From positions 960,001 through 1,024,000 of the forward strand of contig CAWAHW010000002.1 of assembly GCA_963781885.1 (NCBI GenBank): a DNA stretch of 64,000 bases, in the 5' to 3' direction. The position numbers and the translations under genes are program-made. Below, in pieces: positions 1-9,097 of the stretch. The notes beneath the pieces were generated by a model, which made no database searches, was not told where the DNA came from, and saw only the letters and a program-made list of their open reading frames with translations. The DNA comes from an uncultured Spirochaetota bacterium (lineage in GTDB: Bacteria; Spirochaetota; Spirochaetia; SZUA-6; Fen-1364). Positions within the stretch are counted from its first letter, which is position 1; each line of letters starts with the position of its first letter.

Positions 1-187
1 CGTGGAGGAGCTCGATGCCGTCTCGGGCATCAGGACGTGGGAGGCAACCCGCGCCCGCGTCGCCGCGGGATGGCCGCGCCCGCCGGTGTCGGTCACCGAG
101 CAGGGGTGGAGCAGGCTTGCGGGCGGCATCTGGCGGGGACCCGAAGATCAGCTCCCCGAGTCGAAGACGGTGGCGCCGACGTCGTAG
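1..187 (+). CDS. Possible 3' end of a gene entering from the left edge (hypothetical)
   Basis: Open frame from the window edge to TAG at 185-187. No recognisable motif. Overlaps the true stop of the convergent gene by about 40 nt. Confidence 0.3.
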   Translation, partial: VEELDAVSGIRTWEATRARVAAGWPRPPVSVTEQGWSRLAGGIWRGPEDQLPESKTVAPTS

Positions 188-1663
188 CGCTTCAGGTCGA
201 TGCCCCGCCGGTAGGCCTCGAGATCGGCCAACTCACGTTCCAGCTCGCTGAACCGGTAGGCAAAAACTCCGTCCTTTTCCTGCGGGATCGGCTCCGCGTG
301 CATGGCGGCGGCGAGCCTTTCCATGATCCTCTTGCCGGCACCGGCCGTATTGCGCGGGTCGAGCGCCGTGCCCGGAAGGCTTCACGTCGCGCGGGTCGAC
401 GCGCGCGGGAGAGGAGAGAACCTGCGCGAGGATGCGGCCGCGCAGCGCCTCTTCGCGGATCTTCGCATTCTGCCTGTTCAGGCGGAACCGGCGCAGGAAG
501 GGCACGATGAAGAAGAGGATGGAGAAGGCAACGGGCACGATGCCCAGGGCTATCGAGAGCAGGGGAACCGGGTTTCCCACCCCGGCGCTCATGAGGAGCC
601 GACCGGTGAAGGAATAGAGCAGGGGGCCGGTCTTCGCAAGCGCCGCGGTGCCCTGGTTCAGGCCGATCAGGAGGAAGTACAGCCCGAATCCGAGATTGAA
701 GGTATTGAAGAATGCGATCCAGCCATTCGTGCGCCGCTTGTTCGCGGAGAACGGCACGATCCTCTTCGTGGCGGGATTCTGCAGGGACACCTGTCCCACG
801 CTCCTCTGCCCGGAGTCGGTCGTCCGCATGAGCTCGGGGAACGTGTAGATCACGGTTCCGTTTTCCGTCACCCCCGGCTCGCCCTCGAACTCGAGAAGGA
901 TCCTGTTCATGAGCGCGTTCGCCTTGTCAGGCTCGCTGCCCGACAGCGTCATGAGCTCCTCCAGCGTGATGACCCCCTTGTGACTCCTGATGTAAGCGAT
1001 GATGTGGCGGCGCTCCAGCTCGTCCCAGCCCTTGTTCGGATCCTCGTCGCCGAAGACGAAACCGAACACCGACTTGTAGAAGGCCCGGCCGTTGGGGTCC
1101 CTCGGCCTGCGGCTGTTGCTGGCGCCCTTGAACAGGCTGGTCCAGAACCACATCCGCAGCAGGAGGTCGAGGAGGCGCAGCATGAGGAAACCGCCGCCCA
1201 GCCCGCCTCCCCTGTCCCGGCCGCGGCTGTTGTTGCTGCCGCTGCCCGCGGCGCTCGCGGCGAATGAGGCGACGATGGCGAGCACGATCAGGGCGACGAA
1301 GGCCACGAAATACCCCACGAGCATCGCGACGATCCATATCTTGAAGAGAAGGGAAAGCACGCGCGCGGAGATGCCGACGAATCGCTTCCAGAACCTGCGC
1401 AGGGAAGGGCCCGCGCCGCGCACGGTGCTCCGCATGCCGTCGGGGAAATAGTAGAGGAGCTCGCCGGATTCCGTCACCTTGAGCCGGCCGGCATACTCGT
1501 CGAGCGCCGCCTTGGCGGCCTGCTCCACCTGGTACTTCGGCAGGCCGGTGCCGGCGATCATGTCCGCAACGGTGGACGATCCGCGCTTCGTCTTCAGAAA
1601 CGTGACGACCTGTGCTTCCACCTTTTCCAGCGGAAAGTCATAGACCTTCGGGGCATTCGCCAC
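148..1663 (-). CDS. Conserved hypothetical membrane protein (~504 aa) with a +1 frameshift at 371-373
   Basis: GTG at 1663 follows a GAGGAAGGAGG RBS. Several TM segments. Removing one G (TCCGGGCACG to TCCGGCACG) continues the frame as ...TALDPRN...GVFAYRFSELE...DLKRYDVGATVFDSGS* to TGA at 148-150. Confidence 0.75.
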
Positions 1664-1781
1664 GCCGCGCCTCCTTCCTCGATGAGCCTCACCTGCAACG
1701 ATACAGGAAAGGCGTCCGAATGGCAAACAGCCTTCCCGCTCCGCGTGCGAATGCCGTGGTCCCAGAAAGCCGTGGTCCCCC

Positions 1782-1810
1782 TTGACAGATGGGGGCGCTT
1801 TCGTTAGGTT
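1782..1810 (+). promoter_or_regulatory. Putative sigma70 promoter of the rpsT operon
   Basis: TTGACA-17 nt-TAGGTT, about 50 nt upstream of rpsT. Confidence 0.6.
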
Positions 1811-1859
1811 CATAAATTGTTGCAACTGCTGTATTTGGATTGCGCGGAGGTATCCACCG

Positions 1860-2126
1860 TTGGCTAGGAATCTTTCGGCTGAGAAAAGCGACCGCCAGGG
1901 CGAAAAGCGGCGTCTGCGGAACAAGATGATCAAGAGCCGGGCAAAGACCCTCGTGAAGGACTTCGTCGAGCTCGTCGACGGCAAGAAGAAGGACGACGCG
2001 AAGGCGAAGCTCGCGGAGGTCTCCTCATTTCTCGACAAGGCCGTCTCCAAGGGCGTCTACCACAAAAACACCGCTGCCCGCAAGAAATCCAGGATGCACA
2101 CCCTGCTCAGCGGGCTGTCGAAGTAG
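1860..2126 (+). CDS. rpsT: 30S ribosomal protein S20
   Basis: TTG start after GGAGG. SAEK..RQ..KRRLRNK..KS..KT and LDKAVSKGVYHKNTAARKKSR signatures. Confidence 0.97.
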   Translation: MARNLSAEKSDRQGEKRRLRNKMIKSRAKTLVKDFVELVDGKKKDDAKAKLAEVSSFLDKAVSKGVYHKNTAARKKSRMHTLLSGLSK

Positions 2127-2138
2127 CGGACCGGATCC

Positions 2139-2438
2139 GTGGCCCGGGAAAAGCTTTCCAAGGCCGAGATCGTCGAAAACATCTACCCTCTCGTCAAGAC
2201 GAGCAAGAAGAATATCCACCGGATCATCGACTTGTTCTTCGACCAGATAAAGGCCGGTCTTCTAGGCGACAAGGTCATCGAGTTGCGCGGTCTGGGCACG
2301 TTCGAAATCCGCACACGCAAGGGGCGCAAGGCACGCAACCCGAAGACCGGGGATTCCGTCGTGATCCGCAATCACGGCGTCGCCCACTTCCGCCCCGGCC
2401 GCGAGCTGAAACAGAAGGTCTGGGACCTGAGGAGCTGA
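2139..2438 (+). CDS. HU/IHF family DNA-binding protein (Hbb-like)
   Basis: IELRGLGTFEIRTRKGRKARNPKTG...HFRPGRELK DNABII motif; directly after rpsT. Confidence 0.93.
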   Translation: MAREKLSKAEIVENIYPLVKTSKKNIHRIIDLFFDQIKAGLLGDKVIELRGLGTFEIRTRKGRKARNPKTGDSVVIRNHGVAHFRPGRELKQKVWDLRS

Positions 2439-2439
2439 G

Positions 2440-4059
2440 GTGCCTGCGAAGGCCGCCACCCATCCTGCGCGGAGCGTCTTCCTGGACCTCGGCCTGCTCT
2501 GTCTCTCCGCCCTTCTTTTTGCGCTTTCCTTTCCCAGTTTTCTTTCCGTGTCCGGCTGGTTTCCTCTCGGCTTCCTCTGCCTCGCGCCCGTCTTTGCCGT
2601 CGCGCGCCGTGCCTCCTGGCCGGCGGTTCCCTTCTACGGCCTTTTTTTCGGCTATATCTCCTATGCGCTTTTCAACTACTGGCTGGGCAAATTCCACCCG
2701 CTCACGCTCGTCGTCGTTCCCCCGATCTATGCCGCCTACTTCCTGGTCACGCTGCCTGCGCTGAAGCTGGCCGACACCCTTTTTCCGCGTCACGCGTACC
2801 TCCTGCAGGCCGCGCTCTGGGTCTGCTACGAGTACTTTCTGAAATCGAGCGGATTCCTTGCCTACTCATACGGCAACCTCGGCTACTCCCAATATCCGTT
2901 CATTCCATTCATCCAGATCGCCGATCTTGCAGGCGTCTGGGGTGTTTCCCTTGCCGTCGTCTTCCCTTCCGCCCTGATCGGCCGGCTTATGGCGGACGGC
3001 ATCGCGGCGATGAAGGCAGAGTGGAGGCGTTACCTGCTGCCGGCCGGGGCGTACGCGGCGGTTTTTGCGGCCATACTGGTCTACGGCTTTGCCGCACCGG
3101 TCAACACGACCGCGGACAGGCAATGGAAGGTGGCACTCGTCCAGCAGAACGTCGATCCGTGGAAGGGCGGCTACACCGCGTATCGGCAGTCCCTCTCCGT
3201 GCTGGAACGGCAGAGCGATGCGGTCATGACGCAGAAACCCGAAATCGTGATCTGGTCCGAGACCTCCTTTGTTCCGGCCATCGACTGGCACACGCGCTAC
3301 CGGCCCGACACGCAGACCTACGGCCTGGTGAAGGAGCTGCGCACCTACCTCGCGTCGCAGCCGGTCCCCTTTGTCGTGGGAAATGACGACGGGCAGCTGA
3401 AGCGCGTGGAGGAAGGCCAGGAGATCCGGGTCGATTACAACGCCGCGCTGCTCTTCCAGGGCGACACCATTGTCGACACCTACCGCAAGCTCCACCTCGT
3501 GCCGTTCACGGAAAGCTTCCCATTCCAGAATACGCTTCCCGGCATCTATTCCTGGCTCAAGAGCGCAGACACCCATTTCTGGGAGCAGGGCACGGTGGCG
3601 ACCGTTTTCCATGCGGGGGGCGTAAGCTTCTCCACGCCGATCTGCTTCGAGGATACCTTCGGGTATCTCTGCCGCAACTTCGTCCGGGGGGGCGCCGACG
3701 TCCTTGTAAACATGACGAACGATGCATGGTCGTTCTCCGTACCCGGCGCCATGCAGCACATGATCATGGCGGTCTTCCGCGCAGTGGAGAACAGGCGCTC
3801 CGTCGTCCGCTCCACGAACGCTGGCATGACGAACATCATCGACCCGAACGGCAGGATCCTTTCATCGCTTCCACCATTCATCGAGGGGAACCTCGTGGGG
3901 ACGGCACCCGTGCACCGGGGAGTCTTCACCTTGTATACCCGGTGGGGGGACTGGCTGCCGTGGGTCCTCCTCGGCCTTGGCGTCCTGGCGGTGATTGCGG
4001 GAATCGCGCGGCGCGCGGCGGCTCCCGCGCGGAAGACGTCGCCCGAGCCGACGCCTTAG
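2440..4059 (+). CDS. lnt: Apolipoprotein N-acyltransferase
   Basis: N-terminal TM domain plus nitrilase domain with WSET, YRKLHLVPFTE, ICFED, TNDAW and RAVENRRSVVRSTNAG motifs. Confidence 0.95.
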   Translation: MPAKAATHPARSVFLDLGLLCLSALLFALSFPSFLSVSGWFPLGFLCLAPVFAVARRASWPAVPFYGLFFGYISYALFNYWLGKFHPLTLVVVPPIYAAYFLVTLPALKLADTLFPRHAYLLQAALWVCYEYFLKSSGFLAYSYGNLGYSQYPFIPFIQIADLAGVWGVSLAVVFPSALIGRLMADGIAAMKAEWRRYLLPAGAYAAVFAAILVYGFAAPVNTTADRQWKVALVQQNVDPWKGGYTAYRQSLSVLERQSDAVMTQKPEIVIWSETSFVPAIDWHTRYRPDTQTYGLVKELRTYLASQPVPFVVGNDDGQLKRVEEGQEIRVDYNAALLFQGDTIVDTYRKLHLVPFTESFPFQNTLPGIYSWLKSADTHFWEQGTVATVFHAGGVSFSTPICFEDTFGYLCRNFVRGGADVLVNMTNDAWSFSVPGAMQHMIMAVFRAVENRRSVVRSTNAGMTNIIDPNGRILSSLPPFIEGNLVGTAPVHRGVFTLYTRWGDWLPWVLLGLGVLAVIAGIARRAAAPARKTSPEPTP

Positions 4060-4119
4060 GGCTCGCTGTGGGCCATCCCTTCCGCGGTAACACCGCGAAG
4101 TTGGACACGCTCGCCCTCG

Positions 4120-4195
4120 GGGCTCTCGCTGTCCTGCGCGCCGCCTCCGGCGTCGCTGGGCCAGCTGCCGCCCTCCGCGCGCCTTCGACGCGCTA
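4120..4195 (-). repeat. 76-bp REP-like dispersed repeat, copy 1 (inverted relative to 8730-8805)
   Basis: Reverse complement matches 8730-8805 at 73/76 positions by manual alignment. The minus strand begins GTAG-CGCGTC-GAA-GGCGCG. Confidence 0.9.
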
Positions 4196-4214
4196 CGCAT
4201 CCATGCCTTCGCAA

Positions 4215-4243
4215 TTGACAGCAGGGGGAATCTCGGGCAGAAT
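4215..4243 (+). promoter_or_regulatory. Putative sigma70 promoter of the response regulator-TPR-bactofilin-cinA genes
   Basis: TTGACA-17 nt-CAGAAT, 18 nt before ATG 4261. Confidence 0.55.
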
Positions 4244-4260
4244 CACTCCACGGGGGGCGT

Positions 4261-5055
4261 ATGAAGCTCAGGGGAAGAATTCTCATCGTCGATGACGAGC
4301 CCATCAATCTGGAGTTCTTCGATGTCATGCTGAGCAAACTGGGCTTCCAGGTGGAGAAGGCCGTCGACGGAGAAGAAGCCCTGGAAAAGGTCCAGGCATG
4401 CAACCCCGACCTCATCATCCTCGACAACATCATGCCCAAACTGTCCGGCTGGGAAGTGACGCGGACCCTCAAGCACGACGCGGCCTACCGGCGCTATCGC
4501 AACACGCCCATCATCATGTTCTCCGCCATGAACGAGGTGAAGGACCGCATCGAAGGCTTCGAGCAGGGCGTGGACGACTATATCACGAAACCTTTCAATT
4601 TCTCCGAGGTGCTCGCCCGCATCCGGGCGGTCCTCCGGAGCCGCGAGCTCTCGCGCCAGCTTTCGCGGCGCGAAAAGCGTATCGCCGTGGTCGAATCGCT
4701 CAACAACTCGCTCATGTTCTTCACGCAGCACATCAAGAAGCCCATCTCCGAGCTGCTCGCGCTCGCGGAGAAGACGGACAGCGGGGACCCCGCGGGCGTG
4801 GACAGGCTGCGCGACACGATCGGCAAGGAGGGCGGGGAAATCCTTGCGACCCTGCGCGGCCTGGAGGACGAGGTGGCGGAGCTGCAGGGCAAGGGAGAGA
4901 AGCTCAAGAGGGGCGACCTCTCCGTGGATGACCTGGAAAAGAAGCTGCGCAAGCACCTGCGCAATTGGAAGAAGCGGCAGGAAAAGCTCTCCGATGAGGA
5001 GGGGCGGCCGGCGGAAAGCGTGCCGCAGCGCACGACGCAGGGGGCGGAATCATGA
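4261..5055 (+). CDS. Response regulator (REC plus coiled-coil/DHp-like C-terminus, no DNA-binding domain)
   Basis: ILIVDDE, LIILDNIMP, FSA and DDYITKPF receiver motifs; helical C-terminal half. Confidence 0.88.
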   Translation: MKLRGRILIVDDEPINLEFFDVMLSKLGFQVEKAVDGEEALEKVQACNPDLIILDNIMPKLSGWEVTRTLKHDAAYRRYRNTPIIMFSAMNEVKDRIEGFEQGVDDYITKPFNFSEVLARIRAVLRSRELSRQLSRREKRIAVVESLNNSLMFFTQHIKKPISELLALAEKTDSGDPAGVDRLRDTIGKEGGEILATLRGLEDEVAELQGKGEKLKRGDLSVDDLEKKLRKHLRNWKKRQEKLSDEEGRPAESVPQRTTQGAES

Positions 5056-5273
5056 TCACGGAAGACAAGAAGAAGGTCCTCGAGTATTTCGCGGAGGGAC
5101 GCAAGCTTTACAAGCTCATGAAATTCGAAGAAGCGCGGGACGCGTTTGCAAAGGCGCTGAAGGTGGATTCCGAGGACGGACCGTCCAAGGTGTACTACGC
5201 GCGCTGCAAACACTACGTGGAAAACCCGCCTCCCGAGGACTGGGACGGCGTATTCGTGATGAAGACGAAGTGA
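5052..5273 (+). CDS. Small TPR-like protein resembling the C-terminal tail of class III adenylate cyclases
   Basis: 73 aa, ATGA-coupled to the upstream gene. TPR-like FEEARDAFAKAL..DSEDGPS..Y..RC and terminal PPPEDWDGVFVMKTK. Confidence 0.85.
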   Translation: MITEDKKKVLEYFAEGRKLYKLMKFEEARDAFAKALKVDSEDGPSKVYYARCKHYVENPPPEDWDGVFVMKTK

Positions 5274-5277
5274 CGGT

Positions 5278-5691
5278 ATGGCAAAGAACGAAGATCACAA
5301 GGGCATCGAGCGCATCATCACCACGCTGGGCCGCGAGACCGATTTCAACGGCGTCATGCGGTTCAAGGAATCCCTGAAGATCGACGGCAGCTTTTCCGGG
5401 GAGATCGTCTCCACGGGATTCCTCTACGTCGAGCAGGGCGCGACGATCACCGCGAATATACGGGTCGGATCGGTGGTCGTCGGCGGCACGGTCACGGGGA
5501 ACATCGAGGCGACCGAGAAGCTGGAGATGCTCACCACGGGCAAGGTCTTCGGGAACATCCGCACGGCGAAGCTGAAGATCGCGGATGGGGTGGTCTTCGA
5601 GGGCAAGTGCGAGATGATCAAGAACCCGCAGGCCGTGAATGTCTTTTCCGGCACCGTCGAGCAGCTGAAAAAAAACGCCCAGAGTGTGTGA
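5278..5691 (+). CDS. Bactofilin (polymer-forming cytoskeletal protein, CcmA family)
   Basis: TTLGRETDFNG..LKIDG.F.GEI...VVVGGTVTGNIEA.EKLE....GKVFGNI.T.KL.I.DGVVFEGKC beta-helix pattern. Confidence 0.93.
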   Translation: MAKNEDHKGIERIITTLGRETDFNGVMRFKESLKIDGSFSGEIVSTGFLYVEQGATITANIRVGSVVVGGTVTGNIEATEKLEMLTTGKVFGNIRTAKLKIADGVVFEGKCEMIKNPQAVNVFSGTVEQLKKNAQSV

Positions 5692-6937
5692 GACCAGGAC
5701 CGCGGTCATCATCTCGGCGGGCACAGAGCTCACCGAGGGCATCATCCAGGATACCCATGTGCGCTTCCTGGCGAGCGAGCTTTCTTCGCTCGGCTTCAGC
5801 GTGCTCCGCGGCGTGCAGATACCCGACGATGTCCCGCTCTTCCGCGCCGAGCTTGCGCGCGCGACGGAGGAAGGCTGCCTGGTGATCATCACGGGAGGTC
5901 TGGGTCCCACGACGGATGATCTCACGCGCGAGATGGTGGCAGAGGCGGCGGGAGTCCCTCTGGAGTTCCACCAGGAGGCCTGGGAGTCCCTGCTGGCGCG
6001 CTTTGCCGGCAGGACCGTCTCCGACACGAACCGCAAGCAGGCATTGGCGCCGAAGGGCTTCACCCTCATCCCCAACCCGAATGGAACGGCGCCTGGCTTT
6101 CATGGCGTCGTGAACGGCGCGATGGTCGTCGCCCTCCCCGGACCCCCTTCGGAGCTTCGGCCGATGTTCACCACGAGCGTCCTGTCGCTGCTGCATGAGC
6201 ATTTCGGAGGCCTCCCGACAGCCGACATCCTCTGGGGCACGGCGCTCATGGTGCCCGAATCGAGCCTGGAGGAGGCGCTGCGCGCCTGCAGCCGGCCCGG
6301 CATTTCCTGGGGCACGCGCGTGGAAGAGGACAGGATCGGATTCAGCCTGCGCGGCGGCGGTCGCGAGGATCGCCAGGCGTTTTTCGATGCCCTGGTGCAG
6401 CGCCTGGACGCCGTGCGCATCCGTCAGGGCGAGACCCGACCCGCGCTCCTCCTCACGGAGGCGCTTCTGGCGCGCAGCGCCCGGTTGGTCACGGCAGAAT
6501 CGTGCACGGGAGGGCTCATCGCCCGCTACGTCACGGACCTCGCCGGCAGCTCCCGCGTCTTCTGGGGCGGCTTCGTCACGTATTCCAACGAGGCAAAGGT
6601 GGGTCTGATCGGGGTGCAGGACGACGTGCTGCGGGAGCACGGCGCTGTCTCCGAGCAGGCGGTGCGCGCAATGGCGGAAGGCGCCGTGGCGGCATCGGGG
6701 GCGGAGCTGGGCATCGCTGTCTCGGGAATCGCCGGGCCCGACGGGGGGACGCCGGAAAAGCCCGTCGGCACCGTGTGGATGGCGGCGGCACTGCGGTCGG
6801 GCGGCGGCGTGGCGCGCATGTTCTCCTTCAGCGGCACGCGCGACATGATACGGCGCAGGAGCGCGGTCGCCGCGATGCTTCTCGGCGAAGCCGTGCTCCT
6901 CGGCCGGGACTTCCTTGACAGTCGCGCGAAGTGGTAA
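5684..6937 (+). CDS. cinA: CinA-like protein (MoCF domain plus PncC/NMN deamidase domain)
   Basis: GTELTEG..DT, ITGGLGPTTDDLT, GTAPG, LPGPPSE; C-terminal TAESCTGG and SGIAGPDGG..EKPVGTV. Confidence 0.92.
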   Translation: MCETRTAVIISAGTELTEGIIQDTHVRFLASELSSLGFSVLRGVQIPDDVPLFRAELARATEEGCLVIITGGLGPTTDDLTREMVAEAAGVPLEFHQEAWESLLARFAGRTVSDTNRKQALAPKGFTLIPNPNGTAPGFHGVVNGAMVVALPGPPSELRPMFTTSVLSLLHEHFGGLPTADILWGTALMVPESSLEEALRACSRPGISWGTRVEEDRIGFSLRGGGREDRQAFFDALVQRLDAVRIRQGETRPALLLTEALLARSARLVTAESCTGGLIARYVTDLAGSSRVFWGGFVTYSNEAKVGLIGVQDDVLREHGAVSEQAVRAMAEGAVAASGAELGIAVSGIAGPDGGTPEKPVGTVWMAAALRSGGGVARMFSFSGTRDMIRRRSAVAAMLLGEAVLLGRDFLDSRAKW

Positions 6938-6943
6938 TATATT
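6915..6943 (+). promoter_or_regulatory. Putative sigma70 promoter of rho, overlapping the end of cinA
   Basis: TTGACA (6915-6920)-17 nt-TATATT (6938-6943), followed by a ~100-nt lower-GC leader. Confidence 0.6.
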
Positions 6944-7044
6944 TGGGTTCAAAGAGTCCCTGACAGCCTTTCAAGGCCTGCATGCAATCTCATCCGGTAA
7001 CTAGAATCTATTGAACGACCGTACAGGATAAACGGAGCAACATC

Positions 7045-8732
7045 ATGGGAATGAGCGACCAGGACAATGAATCTCCTCAGCAGCCCGTGGAGCAACCACG
7101 GGAGATGGAGCTGACGAACGAGTCCCTGATGAACGGGGAGAATGGAGACCAGCAGCCGGTGCGGCCGAATCAGAATCGCCAGGACGGTCAAGGCATGCAT
7201 CGGCCCAAGCGCCGCGTCGCACGCCGCAAAATACGCGTCGAGCTGATCAAGGAGCCGGATCCCGGCCCCCTGGACGACAAGGGTGAGCCCATGATGGATG
7301 AGACGCCGGTGGAGGGGATTCAGATGGATCCGAACGCCACCGCGGTCAGCATGCCGACCAATGGCGGCGCGTATGCCGCGGCTTCGGCACCCGCATCCGC
7401 CCCGGGCTCCAATGGCGATGCAACGGCCCGGGAAAAGGGCCCCGTGCAGAACGACAACCGCATGCACATCAACGACCTGAGCCAGATGAGCATGCCGGAC
7501 CTGCGCGCGCTGGCGTCGAAGATGGGCGTGAACCACGAGGCGCTCGTCTCCATGAAGAAGCAGGAGATCATCTTCCAGGTCCTCAAGGGGCACACCGAGC
7601 GCGGCGGCGTCATTTACGCTTATGGGGCGCTGGAGATCCTGCCGGACGGCTATGGATTCCTGCGCTCTCCCAATTACAGCTACCTTCCCGGACCCGACGA
7701 TATCTACATCTCCCCGTCTCAGATCAGGCTCTTCAACCTGAAGACGGGCGACACCGTTGCGGGACAGATCAGGTCCCCGAAGGAAGGGGAGCGCTTTTTC
7801 GCGATGCTGCGCGTGGAGACGGTCAATTTCGATCCCCCGCTCGTGGCGCAGACGCGCGTTCCCTTCGACAACCTCACGCCGCTCTATCCCGACGAGATGC
7901 TGAACCTTGAGACGAGCACGGACGAGATCTCCACGCGGCTCATCAACCTCTTCGATCCCATCGGCAAAGGACAGCGCGGCCTGATCGTCTCCCCCCCCGG
8001 ACGGGAAAGACCATCCTTTTGCAAAAGATCGCCAATGCCATCACGACGAATCACCCCGAGGTGTTCGTGATCGTTCTGCTGATCGACGAGCGGCCCGAAG
8101 AGGTCACCGACATGCAGCGCAACGTCAAGGGGGAGGTCGTCTCGTCGACCTTCGACGAGCAATCCACCCGGCACGTGCAGGTCGCCGAGATGGTGATCGA
8201 AAAGGCAAAACGCCTCGTGGAGCACAAACGGGACGTCGTGATCCTGCTGGACTCCATCACGCGCCTGGCGCGCGCGTACAACCAGACGGTCCCGACTTCG
8301 GGCAAGATCCTGTCGGGCGGCGTGGACTCCAACGCCCTGCACAAGCCGAAGCGCTTCTTCGGCGCCGCGCGCAACATCGAAGAGGGAGGCAGCCTCACCA
8401 TCGTGGCAACGGCGCTCATCGAGACGGGCAGCCGCATGGACGAGGTCATTTTCGAGGAGTTCAAGGGAACGGGCAACTCGGAGGTCATCCTGGACCGCAA
8501 GCTCTCCGACCGCCGGCTGTTCCCCGCCATCAACATCAAGAAATCCGGCACCCGCAAGGAGGAGCTCCTCCTCACGGAAGAGCAGCTGCAGAAGATGTGG
8601 GTGCTCCGCCGGGTCATCAACCCCATGGAGGACCAGGAGGTCCTCGAGCTTCTGATTGACAGGATGAGGAAAAGCAAGAATAATGAGGCCTTCCTCAAGT
8701 CGATGAATACATCGTCCGTCACGGACGCCTAG
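7045..8732 (+). CDS. rho: Transcription termination factor Rho (~562 aa) with a -1 frameshift in a C8 run at 7991-7998
   Basis: [39 protein letters not shown] in ORF 7045-8070; [24 protein letters not shown] and FEEFKGTGN in ORF 8019-8732. One extra C restores Walker A SPPRTGKT. Confidence 0.95.
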
Positions 8733-8805
8733 CGCGCCGAAGGCGCGCGGGGGGCGGCAGCTGGCCCAGCGACGCCGGAGGCGGCGCGCAGGACAGCGGG
8801 AGCCC
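8730..8805 (+). repeat. 76-bp REP-like dispersed repeat, copy 2
   Basis: TAGCGCGCCGAAGGCGCGC...GGACAGCGGGAGCCC. Inverted copy of 4120-4195; its first 3 nt are the rho stop codon. Confidence 0.9.
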
Positions 8806-8851
8806 ATGGTCCGGGGCATTCGACGATATGAGTTTTTGGAGGGAAACGAAC

Positions 8852-9055
8852 ATGAAGACCGATACGCATCCCACATACCAGGTCACGACCATCACGTGCG
8901 CGTGCGGAAACGTGATCCAGACAAAGTCCACCGCGAAGGACATCAAGGTGGAAATCTGCTCGAAGTGCCACCCATTCTACACGGGGAAGCAGCACCTCGT
9001 GGACACCGCAGGCCGCGTGGAGCGCTTCAAGAGGCGATACAATATCAAAAATTAG
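8852..9055 (+). CDS. rpmE: 50S ribosomal protein L31 (Zn-binding type)
   Basis: HPTY....[31 protein letters not shown]; GGAGG RBS. Confidence 0.97.
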   Translation: MKTDTHPTYQVTTITCACGNVIQTKSTAKDIKVEICSKCHPFYTGKQHLVDTAGRVERFKRRYNIKN

Positions 9056-9097
9056 GCGCAGCCTGATCCTTTGATATTGAACGGGCAAGGCGGCGCA

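Noticed and set aside
233-2050. 605-aa ORF as listed
   Set aside because: Its N-terminus is antisense to rpsT and its C-terminus is out of frame after 371; the gene is 148-1663.
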